Shown piece after piece: positions 33,178-47,715 of a stretch of 64,000 bases of DNA. The stretch lies in assembly GCF_009914755.1 (NCBI RefSeq), contig NC_060935.1, one strand, 5' to 3'. The stretch is from the human T2T-CHM13v2.0 reference genome, Homo sapiens. The notes beneath the pieces were generated by a model. That model ran no database searches. It saw only the letters and a list, made by a program, of their open reading frames with translations, and was not told the origin of the DNA. The position numbers were made by a program, and so were the translations under genes. The number at the start of each line of letters is the position of its first letter. Position 1 is the first letter of the stretch.

Positions 33178-33227
33178 AAAAAAAAACAAAAAAAAAAAAA
33201 ACAAAAAAAACCCAAAAAAAAACCCAA
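33178..33227. repeat. A-rich low-complexity tract
   Basis: aaaaaaaaacaaaaaaaaaaaaacaaaaaaaacccaaaaaaaaacccaaa. Confidence 0.9.
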
Positions 33228-34702
33228 ATGCACCTGTTTTGATTTAGATGCCTTTTAGAAATTTCTTTCTTCCTTTTCTCTCACCTTCCTTCCTTCCAAA
33301 AGCTCACTTATTGTAGCCCTTACGGTTACGGATTAGTAGTATAAAAGAGTGATGTGATCTTTGCAGCACCCAAATTACTGCCAAGGAAGCCGTCTTTACA
33401 CTGAATGGAATCTTGCTCCTCGTGCTGAGTATTGCAAATAGCCTTCTGCTTATTCCTTTGTAGGCCTTGGAAGCAAAGTGAGCCATGTGTTTCCATTATG
33501 ATGGCCTGACTCCGGAAAGAAATGTGCAAACAAGCCTGTATATTTTTACTGAGCTCTCAATTAGTTTAATTTAGAATTGAAATGTGCTTTTTAGCTCAGA
33601 TGTCATAAAACTAAAGAGAAGCATGTGCAGGACTGTACAAGTGCAGCTCATGATTATATCTCATTGTGATCTTTGATGGTGCTGTCCAGAAGCAGCTTCA
33701 GAGAAGACATCTGAAACACTGAAAGTACTTAATTGATATATAATTAAAGTGAAATATTTTTGTGTAATTTGCATTTCAACTTGTCATTTATGGTGATTAG
33801 CTTCAGTAACTTTATGTACTGTAGCTAACCACTATTCAGAATTCTAAGAAAATTAGCATTTACATATTAATAACCTATGATAATGCCTTAAGGGTATAAA
33901 TTAATGAATTCTGGGCCCAGCATGCCTATCCACCATCTGATTGAGCCTTTTCAAATCTGAACATGAGGAGCTTATCATTTTAACATCAAATAATTACAGA
34001 AAAAGGAATTTCTTGCCTGACTTTGTAAAGTTTTCAAATAAACTGTCAGTATTTTAAGAGAAATTATTTTTAACATCCAGAGGGCTAATAAGATTTATTT
34101 TAAAAGAAAGATAAATAGCAGCATTCTGAAAATCAACAGGTAAAAATTAAGTTAATATAGAATGAAAAACAAATATTCAGGACAGTCCAAGAGGCTGAGC
34201 AGTGAGTGTTTGGGAGAGGCTGCAAGACCTGAAATTAATTGTGTTTGACACTCAATTCTAGGCTCTACATTGCCAGATGCACTGACAACCTCATCACATT
34301 CTAGCTAGCAAAAATTAAATGTATGAAAATGACAACATAACATCACCCTGATAAAACAAAATAAAGAGGCATTTTGTGTCAAGTGTAAAGGAGAATGTCT
34401 TAACTGAGTTAAGATTGTTAAACAATTAATATATAACTATGATTATAATTGGTTTCTTCACAAAGAGTCATTATACTTCTTTGTTTTAATAGCTGCCAAT
34501 TTTCAAAAACTGAGCTTTAATTAAAAACTATTGGTGAGTTAATGCATGGTCAAAAGGGGAGGAAGATCCACTGCAGAAACAGAAACTTAACTGCCAGGGT
34601 CAACTCAGCAACCTGAAAGTAAGACTTTTGTGGCTTTCAGCCAGTCATTCCACACTCTCTCATTCTCTTCCTTTCTTATTTCTTTTGCCATAAACCATGA
34701 TA

Positions 34703-35890
34703 TCATTCATTCTGCAAATATTAATTGAACACTTTCCATGTGCCAACTTTAGGGGCTAGGGATATGTCAGTGAAAAACAATCCAGTTACTTCTTCTTGTG
34801 GAACGTGTATTCTCCTACATAAAAGACGTAAATAAGCAATCAAATAAATAAGATAATTTCAAATAGTGGTAAGAGCTATGAAGAAAATAACTGTAGTAAG
34901 GAATGACTGGAGCTCTGAGAGCCTCATGACAGAGAGGAGTCAGAAACGGTCTCCCTGAGGAGTGGACAGTTTTGTTGAGAAAAGACTGGTGAGAAGTCCA
35001 ACTATATGTAGATCAGGTGAGAGCAGCTACTGCAAAGGCCCTGAAGTGAGGGGAGAAGATAAGTTTAAATAGAAGAAAAAGGGAGAGTTTGGCTATGGTT
35101 AGTAAGCGGTGCAGTGTTAGGTGAGTTTAGTAAAGACAAAAGTCATTGTGGCTTTTAGATCACATGGGTATCACTCCAAATATGATGAGAAGCCACTGGA
35201 ATTTTAAGTAGGGATGAGATGCAGTCTATTTACATTCTCTGTTGAGAGGAGCATAATTAGGGAGGAGGAAAACTGGTAATAGTTAGAAGAGTTAGGAGAC
35301 TTGAAGCTGACTGGGCAAAAAATGGCAGCGTAATGGAGACAAAGGGAGTGAATGGATTTAGACATAGTTTAGATATTTTGGAGATAAATGATCAAGATTT
35401 TCTCATGTGTTAGATGTGGAAATAAGAGGAAGATAAGAATCAAGAATATTTTCATAGATAGCCATGTTTTCTGTTGGAATGGCAGAAAATAGAGAAAAGG
35501 TTTTGAGGGGGGGAAATGAAGGGTTCTGTTTTGACCCAGCTAAGTTTTAGGTGCAGAAGAGACAACCAAAGGGTGTGTCAAGGAAACTGTTGATATTTGA
35601 GTCTGAAGCTCATGGAAAAGAAAGGGACAATATGAAAATATTAACCATGGGAGCTTTGGAACATGAGTAATAGTTGAAGCTATAGAAATGGATTAGATGA
35701 TCTAAAGAAACATTGTAGAAGAAGTGCTATTTCAATATTTTAAAATGGGTCAAGTGGGAAATGCAAGAGGAGGAAACATGGGATAAGCTGTCAGGTAAGA
35801 GGGAACTCTGGAAAGTATGCTTGTTGGGGAAGCCAAGAGAGGAGTGTGTTCCAAGAAGGGAAGTGGCAAAGTTCTAGAAATCAACTCCTC
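34703..35890 (-). mobile_element. L2 LINE fragment
   Basis: attcattctgcaaatattaattgaacactttccatgtgcc (reverse complement of the L2 3' end), tgcaaaggccctgaagtg, agccactggaattttaagtaggg. Confidence 0.8.
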
Positions 35891-36022
35891 ATAATTATTC
35901 CCTTTGGTCACCAGCCTTATCTGTGCCTGAAGAGTCATACATTTCTAAATTGTGGCCACTCCCAATTCACATTTTGAGGTCTGTCAATATTTATCCAATC
36001 ATTTGTGTGTTTAATTTACTTT

Positions 36023-36271
36023 TATTGTGTATGTTTAAGATATATAACATGATTTTTTGATACATAGTGAAATGGTTATTTACAGAACCAAGAATGGTGG
36101 TTACCAGGCACAGGAAGGAGGACAAAACGGGGAGAAGCAGGTCAAAGGGTACAAACTTGCAGTTATGTAGGATGAATAAGTCGTATGGCATGAGGACTAT
36201 AGTTGATAATATTGTATTATATATTGAAAATATGCTGAGAGTAGATTTTAGGTGTGTTCATCATAAAAAAA
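36023..36271 (-). mobile_element. Old L1MA 3'-end insertion with 5' inversion
   Basis: 36023-36080 is the antisense L1MA terminus (reverse complement aataaccatttcactatgtatcaaaaaatcatgttatatatcttaaacatacacaataa). 36081-36271 is sense L1MA 3'UTR (agaatggtggttaccagg...agagtagattttaggtg). Candidate TSD ttaatt(t/c)acttt at 36011-36022 and 36272-36283. Confidence 0.75.
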
Positions 36272-36792
36272 TTAATTCACTTTGCTTGTTGTGTTATTCA
36301 TTCAGTAGGGTTTTATGGGGCGTTTATCATGTGGCAGTTAGTGTGTTACATGTGTAGTACTGGACACAGCTGTAAATAAAATAAGCCTAGTTCCTTATCA
36401 TAACAGTTTATAAGCTACTTCATGTGTTCTTGGTTAGTTTTTTCTCCAGCCTTCTGAAACAATTTGAAACTTGAACTACTTTCAAACCCCCTTTTCAAAT
36501 ATCACTGATTTGCAACCTTCCCTTGTAAATCAGTGCAACTATAGAGCTTTAAACCCCTACACATATCTTACCTAATCTTTGATTTATGAAATCTATGAAA
36601 TGAGGTGTCTTCCCACCCACGCACCTGCACATCTCATTCGAGGCCAACCTTATATCTGTCCTTGACCCCATGTATTCTATCTTTCTGGAGCCTCATTTAA
36701 TTAGTATCCCTTATCTCTTCTGTATCCTATCTTGCTCTCTACTGACTCCATTCCCTTAACTTGTAAACAAGCTCAAATTTCTCCTATCAAAC

Positions 36793-36889
36793 ATATTTAT
36801 ACACACACACACACACATATACATGTGTGTATATATATACAAGTGTGAGTATATATATATATGTGTGTGTGTGTGTATGTATATATATA
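36793..36889. repeat. Compound (CA)n/(TA)n/(TG)n microsatellite
   Basis: Read directly from the sequence. Confidence 0.9.
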
Positions 36890-37002
36890 GCCTCTCTTGA
36901 TACCCTTTAAAGTCATATTCCTTTGCAGATACATTTAGCATTACATAATTACCAAAGCCCACATTTTATTGGTATCTAACACAGTTGTTACTGGAATGGT
37001 GA

Positions 37003-37281
<279 letters not shown>

Positions 37282-37619
37282 TCAGATTTTTATGTTCTGT
37301 GTGCCTAAACTGGGTGCGCATATAAGGCCTCCATTTTCTTATCACTATGTTTTTGTTCAAGCAGTTGGTGTGCATTTGTTTACCTAACATTTCTAGGTAT
37401 CATTTATCCCTGAGGTATTTTAAATGTGATTTCATTCAAAAATAGAAGTACAGGCACTGAAATCCCAAGGCATTTCTCTATTTCAGGGAGGTCATCTAGA
37501 TGATTCAGCATATGCTTACACTACTTTAAAATAACCATTCAAATGTTAACAACAACCTGATAAAGTCTCCCAGACAACTCAGGGACTTCTAAAAATAAAT
37601 CCTCAAACGCAAACCTGAA

Positions 37620-38560
37620 AAATCTTTCTCTATATTGTTTGATACTTTTGAGCATTCATTTCTTGAAAAATTCTACCTTCTCTGACTTCATCTGCCAGGT
37701 CTCCTATTCCTCCAATAATATCTGCTATTATTTTTGAAATGAATTGTTTTCCATATTTATATCATCAGACAAGAGGTTTTCACCGCACATTGTTCCTGTA
37801 GAATCTCATGTTGACTTTCACAGTCATTTCCTTCAAAATCTACATATTTAAACCATTTCTTCTTGCTCCACTTCATTTTCTTACATGCAACTACCAGCTA
37901 GACACCTGGGACCTCAAACTCAACATGTCCAAAATGGAATCCAGTGTTTTCTGTGTATTATAAAACTGTACTTCTCCCATAGTATCCAAGAAAAATCTTT
38001 CCAAGCTATCCAGGCTATCACCCAAGGTGATACCACCGCTATCCATTCATTCATTCAAGATACAAACAAGAAGTCATCTTTCTGTCTTCTTCTCCTCCCT
38101 CTTCTTCATCCTCCTCATTCAATAATTTATTAGATTCTGCCTATTTATCTCCTAAATACTTCCCAAATCTGACCTCTACATTGTATGCCTACCACATCTG
38201 CTTTAATTTGCCCTTTTATGATCTCTTTCTTGGCCTACTACAATAGCCTACTTACTGGTTTGTATGTCTTTAATTACTATTCTTCAGCCTAACTTCCACA
38301 GACAGGTAGGATTTCCTCCAGTCAGTCTTTCCCTCCACTCCACCCTCTGAGAAGTACCTCTTCCCTGTGCCTCCCAATTCCCTCTGACTGTTCCTTATTA
38401 TATTCACCATCTTGGATTATCAGTTTAGAGCCCTGTCTTGTCCACTAGACTGTGAAACTCATCTTAGTGGGAATACTATTTTGTATTTTCTTTGAAGTGT
38501 TTAACACAGTGACTGAAATAAACTAGGCAGTATATAAACATTTTTTAATAGAGGAATGAG
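37620..38560 (+). mobile_element. L2 LINE fragment
   Basis: acctcaaactcaacatgtccaaaatggaa, ccactagactgtgaaactc, aacacagtgactgaaataaactagg. Confidence 0.7.
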
Positions 38561-40949
38561 TGGTAGTGTTAAATCCACCTCTTTTTTGGAAGTGCATGCT
38601 TTCTACTAAAGAAGGAGAAAACACTAATAAGCACACTTTTGATACAACCTTAAACAATTTGCCCCAAACCAAGAAACAGTTATATTCATATCGAAAAATG
38701 CATAGATTAGTTATCCGAGTTCAGATATCTACAAGGCTAGGAAGTTAACATAAATACTTGAAGTATCATAGTAGTACTAATACGGAGTGGTAAGGCTTGC
38801 AGTTTGCTGAGGAATACATACCTCACCTCAAAGCATTCATATTCAATTGGGGAAAAAATGTAGCTGTCAAATAAGGCTCATCTCCTCTAGACCCAGGACT
38901 TCAAGGTGGTGACCCCTGCTGCAAGATGTACTATAAAAACCTTTAGCTTCTGTTACCTTAGCTCAGAAAATGATGACACTTAGACAAATGCACCTTATAC
39001 ATCACATACAAATTGGATAATATTAAAGACAAGTCAAAGAGTTTTAGTAGCTTTTTCTTTTCCGTTCTGCTCTCTTCCCATTTCCCAGGCCCAGTGTAAC
39101 CACATGTTATGTGTTACACTGTTAATTTAGGGTCAACTTTCTTATAGTGCTTCTAGTTTTTATTGATTCCTTCATAATAACATTTTCCAGCTGCAGGTTC
39201 CAATCATCTTTCTGTTTCTATGGATACAGTACATTTCAAAAAGGGAATAGGTAAACCTTTTAATACATGAAAAACATTTTTTAAGTCCTATGCTCTAATC
39301 TAGTGGACTAAATAAGAAGAAAATAGAAACTCTGAAGAGAGACTTTTGAAATGTTAGATAAATTTCTGTAATCTCTCTTTTCTTGTGCTAATAACTAACA
39401 TTTTTTCCAAAATGTGAATAATAGTAATAAAATAATAATAACGATATTAATAAATGAGGCTACATATGTTAAAATTCTTTATAAAGTTCTTTATGAAACA
39501 TCTATGTTAAGTAATACGTTTGTTCGTATCACTGTTTGTTTTTAAATCTTCTGTCTAACTACTCTAACCCTTCTTGGTAGCAACAAGGGCTAGGAATATT
39601 ATTACTCAAGGCAGCAGACTTTCACAAAGCTAACAACTTGAGCCACTTTGCCAAACCGGAGCAGGAGAATGTGTTTAGTTCTTGAGTTTCCATCCATGTA
39701 GTAATGGCCACTTTGTAGAAGAGGTAAAGTGACAGAAAAACACAAAACATCTACCATATCTACACCGACTAATCCAGAAGAAGAAGAAACACAGAAATGC
39801 AGTTCTAAGCCAATATACCCAGAACAATGCCATTAATTCACAATCCTCATAAGTTTACCTCTATCTGTTGTACAAAGTTGTCTCAAATGACTTCTTAGTT
39901 TTATCTGTAAAATATAGTTTCTATCTAGTTCATATGTTGTTCCAGTTACCATTTACATTATTTGTGTTAGTAAAATATCACTAATATGAGGAGGACTTTC
40001 GCAATCAAGGCAGTCAGGAGTGGGACTTGTGGAGTTCAGTCTATATTAAGACTTTTGTCTTGCTTAGCCTGGTTTTAACCTTGTTCTTAGCTTATCTCAC
40101 TGATGTGCTTAAGAATGTAAACATTTTGTAGCCTCCTCTATTTTAGCTTGCCTGCCTCTCCTCAATGTTCTGCTGAGTATTCCTTTTTCCTACGAATTTA
40201 CTGACTCAACACATCCTATTTCCGTAACTAAAATTAATACATTTCCCTCTTCCAATATTAGTAGAGATTTTTTATTAATACTACCCAACAATTATTGCTA
40301 TAATTATAATATTTTCATAAACATTTATGCGATACGTTTGCTACATGTCTAATAATAATTATATATGTGTGTTTGCATGCTTGTGTGTGTGTGTGTATTG
40401 TAGGTAGGAAAAAAGACAAGTAATTGTATAATATTATTACAATATCCTAGTTATGAAGTAATAAATATTCTGAGACAATTATAATATATGAGATCATATA
40501 AAATGATACTATCCCTAAAAATATTATTGTGGTTTTTTAGTTTACTTGTTCATTCAGAAAATATAGCCCTTAGGAATATTAGATGAAAATCTCAAGAAAA
40601 TCATGCTATTGTTAGAGATAGGCAACATCAAAAATAATTACAACAAATATTGTTATGAAAATTCAGGTTTGGCTTTTTTTTTTTAGAAGTGCACAGAGTA
40701 TTATGGCAAAAAAAGAGGCAAGGTTGTTAATTCAGTTTAAAGGAATCAGGGAAAGTTTGCTGAAAATGAAATTTCTGCACTATCAGGATTGACAAGTCAT
40801 AGAAAAGTTAAATATTTTAAGGGTTATGCCAAACACAAAGTTGGATAAAATTCTGACCTTAGACCACAGCATCTTACAAACAAAGGCAGCAAAGACCTCC
40901 AGTTCCATAGATTATGGATTCTATAACATTAGCATAATTATTAAGAACA

Positions 40950-42180
40950 ATTAGGAGTATTAGATTTTTATAACTGATAACTTTTTCAAATGTATAATGA
41001 GTCTACAGGAAATTATATAAAATATCAAAGGGACAGAACTAAGAAACAGAAAAATTTAGACAACAGGAGCAGGTACTGTAGCTTCCCTTGGGGAGGTTTA
41101 CATGGGAAAGTGATTCTCAAGGCCTTGAACCAACAATCGGCAAAAAGCTGGAAATGAGATCACCATACAAACGAGGATTCGTAAAGGCTACAGCATCAGT
41201 GAGAAAGTAGATGTAGGAAAAAAAAATCTGTTCCCTGGCTCAAAGAGTAATCCTAAAAACTTCCTGGCTTCCCTTGAGTTCTGCATAAAAAGTAACATAC
41301 TCCCATAAGAATTTTGACGTATTTATCTGCTCTCAAGTGAACTTTCTGTTCAAATTTGTACTATCTGCAATTTCTAGGAACTCATAAACATAGAAATTCA
41401 CAGACACATGTACACACACAAACACAGGTACATCACTTACAAAAACATATTGGAATAATTGGGATAAGTAAATGCAAAAACACTTTGGAGAAATATTTCT
41501 CCAAAACAGCCCTCTTAAATTCTCACAAATAGAGCTTTGCTGAAAATTAGTTCACAATTCAAAATTACAAAACAAATATGTTGACAATCCACTTTAAATA
41601 CGAATTAGAACACACACAAAATAGTATCAAATTACCAAGGATTTTAGGCAATAGAAATATATGATAGAGGGAATGAAATGTTTAAGATGACTAAACACAT
41701 GTGGAACTATAATACTGTACAACAGTAACACGTAAGACAGGAGGGCAATGTCAAAGTTAAAATGCTTAAATGTCTATGTATTATTCAGATGGAGTATGGA
41801 GATATTTACTAAAATCAGAATTTTATGTCAAGTATGAATATAAAACAAGAGCAACAACTGAAAGAATAAATATAGAATATAGAAAATTAAGAAAAGTTGA
41901 CAAACCTAGTAGATAGTTTACTATTGGGAGAGATGTGTATTAGTATAAACTTGTGGAGAGAAATTTAGTGATATTGATCAAAACCAAAAAGATTCATACC
42001 CCTTATTTTATAATTTCACTTCTAGCAATATATCCTAATGAATAACCAGATATACATGAAAATGGTTATTATAAGAGCATGTTATCACTGCCAAAAATTA
42101 AAAACAGCCAAAATGCTCAATATTAAGCTCAACCAAAATGCTCAATATTAAGAAACGAAAAAACTAAACTTCGACACATA
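40950..42180 (+). mobile_element. Highly decayed L1ME/HAL1-type fragments
   Basis: A-rich L1-like composition. 3' motif catacccc...ataatttcacttctagcaatatatcctaa. The 5' part only loosely resembles old L1 5' ends. Confidence 0.4.
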
Positions 42181-42289
42181 CTTCAAACAATATTTATTAA
42201 TATACAGGTCTATAAAATATGTATTGAGTGCTTACTGTGGGTAGGCACACTCCTTAATACTCCTAAGTACTGTACACATCTATTTTACT

Positions 42290-43090
<801 letters not shown>

Positions 43091-43099
43091 CTCAGAAAA

Positions 43100-43740
43100 T
43101 TCACTGAGGCGCAGAAGAGGCAAAAGACAATTAGGTACATGAATCTGGAATTCAAGAGAAACATTTGAAGTGGGTGGTACAGTTTGGGGGATCATGAGAA
43201 CATAGATGGTAATTAAAGCCGCAGAATTGGATGATTTCACGCAGGAAATATATTTAGAATGAAAAGGCGGATCGAGAGAGAATTTTAAGGTGCACTAACT
43301 TTAAAGGAGCAGAGTAAGAAGTGTTCAAGGACACTAAGAAACGCCAAGAGAGAGCATAGTTGTGGTGTTAGGAATGCAAGGCAAAGAAGCATTTGAAAGA
43401 AATGTCCAAATGTGTCAAACATACCAGGGTATTCCAATAAGATAAAACCTAAACTCTAAGATTTAGGATGTAGTTAGTCGCTAGCAAAGTTGAAGAGACT
43501 AGTTTGGGTGGCTGGAAAATGCGGAAGCCAGGTAGATGAATTGAAAAGAGTGTGAACAGAAGACTCCTCAACTATATGGCTGTGAAACAGTAGAGAGATA
43601 GGAAGCATGAGGTCAGGAAAGTTCTTTGCTTTATAAAAGAAAAGAGTTGAGCTTGTTTAAAAGCAGTTAGAGGAACTTCTTAAGAGGTGGAAAACTGAAG
43701 ATACAGGAGAAAGAGAAGGGCCATAGATGGAAGAAAGAAC
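43100..43740 (-). mobile_element. L2 LINE fragment (its 3' end lies at about 42180-42270, left of the LTR)
   Basis: gaatctggaattcaagagaaac...catagatggtaattaaagcc...ggatgatttcac. Confidence 0.65.
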
Positions 43741-46700
43741 AGTGCTCTTCCTCACCATGCTGCAATGGTCAGTAAAATTCAGCACATCTCTTGGATTGAT
43801 GTCCCATAACTTGAGAAACACTGAGCTAAGGCCGTGTCCTTTGATTTGTATGTGATATAGAACTACAAATCCTCACAAATTATATAATCATTTGACTTAG
43901 CGTGGCATCTGGAAGGTGGCATCTGGAATGAAATTGGGAATGAACCTGATGAGAAGACATATTTAATTAGTTGACACAATCAGGTAAAAAATGGAGTAGT
44001 ATCATGTGTTTATTGTATGTCTCTATTTATATAATACATAATCCAAGTGATCTTGTTAGTGAAACAGAACACAGAACATGCACTTAAAATTATGACATTT
44101 CATTGAAAGTCTTATTCTGATTAGTGTTTATAACTTAAAATATAGAGCAATCTAATATCATTGCATGTATTTAGTGGCTAAGCATTAATTCCCGTTTATT
44201 TTGCCATTTTATGAAAACATAAAAATTTACATTTTTCCCTTTTATGTATTCTGAACACATTCAATTCAGCTTAGTTTACTTTCATTAATTTGTTTGAATT
44301 TATATAATCTAAGACATTTTATTGTTTGAATAATTATTTGTATGCTAAGCAACAATAGATGTCATAAGATTCAGCCAAGCAAAATTTTGATTCAAGAGTG
44401 TTTTCAAAGCTATATTATAATACTATATATGGAAATAACTGTATTTTAAAATTTGAATCACTGGACCAAATAAAATACTGCCCAAGGTATCATACTAACA
44501 TAATAACATTGAATATTTGCCTGACAATCTATCCTCACACACACAAAACCCAATAACCCTCACTTGCTAAGCCTATGATCTAGACAAAATAGGAAAAAAT
44601 AAATGTTTAAAAGAATAAGACTACAGCTGTAAATTTGCAAAGGGAAAGTAAAATGCGAGTGACAGAATACATCAGAAGCAAATTTATCAGCCTGAGACTA
44701 TAGTTTCAAAGTAAGTATATATGAATAGAGGAAGAATGACAGACAACTATGAAAAGGAGAATAAATAGAAATGTATGATGATGCAAATGAACGAAAGCAG
44801 ATAGAAGACGATAAAATATCAGAAAATATTGTTTGTTGAGGTCCAGTATAATAAATTAAAATATTAAATAGTATAGTGAGTACCAGAATAGTGAAAAGTC
44901 ATAATGATTACAATGAAAACAATATAATAGGAATAAAGAGTAGATGGACTTTATGTATAGTACAATTGTTGTTTTTGAACTTGAGCAGTGTAGTACACTT
45001 TGGACATTAAATTTTATAGAGTCAGTTGTTCAATATTTAAAATAGATGAAAGCAGAAGTGCTCCTGGATTTTTGTGAGGGTGGAAGGGAAGGATACCAAG
45101 AAAAGGAGTCCAGCATTGCCCACCCAATGCTATCTCAGCAAAAGTCTTCATAAAAAGCTACATGAGTACTTCCATGGAATTTATGGGGTTCCTAGAAAAA
45201 CATAATTTAGAAGCCAAAGCTTGAAAATCGTATGGTTTTCAAGTGGCATACTTTAAAAGATTATGTAAATATTCATTATATGCATAAGTTAAAGTACACG
45301 ACTTGTAAATCCTGTTTGTTTACATTTTCTAGAACAAGTATTAAAATTTGTGTATAGTTTCAGCACAAACTAAAAGCCAGGATCTTAGGTTTGAATTCTA
45401 CAGCTCTTCAATTTATTTTTGTCAGTAGAGTGAAATACAAATTAATTGAACCATGTTATTTATCATGTAAAGCTTGAGAGTTGGCCCTCAGTTTGCAAGA
45501 AAATCAGTAGAACAAAAAATATGAAAATATGAAGGAGCTGAGTAACTCCAGGTTCTAATGGTGTTAAATGTGGACCACTTACATACTTGCATCCAAAGCC
45601 TTGGTGGAACATTTACAGATTAGGGTCTGACGCAGCAACTTGATTTATTAGATCACTTAAGTTATAAGAATTGAATTAAGTTAAACTTAAGATGCCTGAA
45701 GCTTCAACTAGAAACTTCCTTATATCTTGCAAGAAAATTACAGCCAGTCACATTGTCAGAGCAAGACTTCCATGTTGGTCAGTCTTCTCAGAAGATCAAA
45801 TTCTAGTTCCTTGGTGAGCATAGAATTAGTTGATGGTTCTTCTTTGATAGAATTTCTTTATAAACCCTAATATAATATCTATCAAAATAAATGGTATTTC
45901 TATTTAGAATCTGAATACCTCCTTTCTTGGTTTTGAATCAACTGTAGTATTTTATTCACTAAGACTTTTATTCTCTCATTAAAAAGTAAAACTATTTAAC
46001 AACATAAATGCACATAGAAAACTGTGTTAAAATCTGCCTCTTATTAATCACCTTCTGTGTCTTCATAGCATAGCACTTTTACATAATTTCATTTAATTCT
46101 TGCCATATTATGTATTCATAGCTAATACAAGTAAGATTAGTAACTAAAATCAGAAAACATAAAAATTTTATAGACCTAAACACTTCTTAATCTAGCTACA
46201 TAAGCCAAGAAGAAATAGGACTGTTAGCCATACATGATAAACCATAAGAATTTGGAATCCAAATAGATTTTCTTTATGGTACCTCCTTTGCGAGCTTCTG
46301 TCCCTTAAAATATAAATTGGAAAAAGTCACACCAATTTGGACCAGAAATCAGTTATGTTAAAAGAGTGATAAAAATGTGATTGAAAAAGAATTTTGAGAA
46401 GAATCTTTTTCTATTTATGATGTTGCTTCATGGTTTTGTAGCAACTGGGAGCATGGACCAAGAAAGGCAAGATGAGGCCGTGTACCTGTTTCTCTGGGGT
46501 CCTCTTACTTTATTTGGCTTGCTTCTGTTGGGTTTTGGAATTGGTTTGTCTTTGCTTTTCGGCCCGCCTACAACATGCGCAGCTGGCCCCAATTCATTAA
46601 GCCTCTCAGATATTCCAAGAATGACTTTCTAGCAGCCTAACGTCTGTTTTCAAACATGATTCAAGGAGACTCTAAGATTGTGATTAAAATGAAATTGCCA

Positions 46701-47199
46701 CAGCAAGCAAATAAAAAGTAACAATTTAGGCGGAGTGAAAACTATAATCCAATTCAAGAATAGAAAATATATGCTTATAGTTTAGGCAGGAGGGCAAAAG
46801 GTATTATAAATGTTCCTTCAATTAATACTCAAAAATTTCAAGCGTATATAATTGTATGTTTGCATGTAGAAAAAAATACAGAAAATAATTTTGGACTTGT
46901 CACACCTAAAGTTCTCTAGCATAGGATTTGCCACATTATTATGGAAGGCCATATTTTTTTTATTTTAGTCAAATTTCCCTTTAATCCAATTGGCTTCTTA
47001 ATGCAGAATTTTAATTCAGACCAGCTTCACTCAATGTAAGCCTTTGAGTACAAGCTCAATAATTCATTAATTGATTGTGCAATTAATTGCACACTTCACT
47101 TATACTCTTTATCTTATACTCCTGACAGATCCAATGATTCAGTGATTTTTATTTTTTTAATTTTCTAGAATGTAGACTTCAAAGTCAACAATTTGAGTG

Positions 47200-47237
47200 T
47201 GCTAATAGTTTGTGGTGTTTTCTTCCTCTTGTTTCAG
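47200..47237 (+). promoter_or_regulatory. Branch point, polypyrimidine tract and 3' splice site of the GRIA4 exon
   Basis: gctaat (47201-47206), followed by gttttcttcctcttgtttcag. Confidence 0.8.
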
Positions 47238-47477
47238 TCTGTTCCCAGTATTCTAGAGGAGTATTTGCCATTTTTGGACTCTATGATAAGAGGTCGGTAC
47301 ATACCTTGACCTCATTCTGCAGCGCCTTACATATCTCCCTCATCACACCAAGTTTCCCTACTGAGGGGGAGAGCCAGTTTGTGCTGCAACTAAGACCTTC
47401 GTTACGAGGAGCACTCTTGAGTTTGCTGGATCACTACGAATGGAACTGTTTTGTCTTCCTGTATGACACAGACAGGG
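47238..47477 (+). CDS. GRIA4: Internal coding exon of AMPA glutamate receptor subunit GluA4, amino-terminal domain; 240 bp, phase 1-1
   Basis: Bounded by ttcag| and |gtaagt. Translates (F)[79 protein letters not shown](G), which I recognise as GluA4 rather than GluA1-3. Confidence 0.97.
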
Positions 47478-47715
47478 GTAAGTCCAGTTTCTTCATCTAT
47501 TAGAGCAAAACTCTAATTTTCAATGTGAAATGGCCTTATATGACTTCGGTTTTTAGCAAATTGTTTGATCTCTAACATCACTAAAATCAGAAAATGGTTG
47601 ATGTGTATTTTTATCTTGACTCTGGGGAAAAATTTCTAATTAAACGAGTTTCAGATTCACAAGGTTACTCCTGAGCAAACCATGCTCTGTAACTTCATTG
47701 AAATTAAGATAACTA

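Noticed and set aside
46381-46632. Hydrophobic 83-aa ORF resembling a small membrane protein
   Set aside because: It has a TTG start, the hydrophobicity follows from T-rich composition, and I see no recognisable homology or promoter. It cannot be supported without Ribo-seq or conservation data.
47210-47503. 97-aa ORF as a standalone gene
   Set aside because: It is the GRIA4 exon plus intronic read-through on both sides. The splice sites define 47238-47477.
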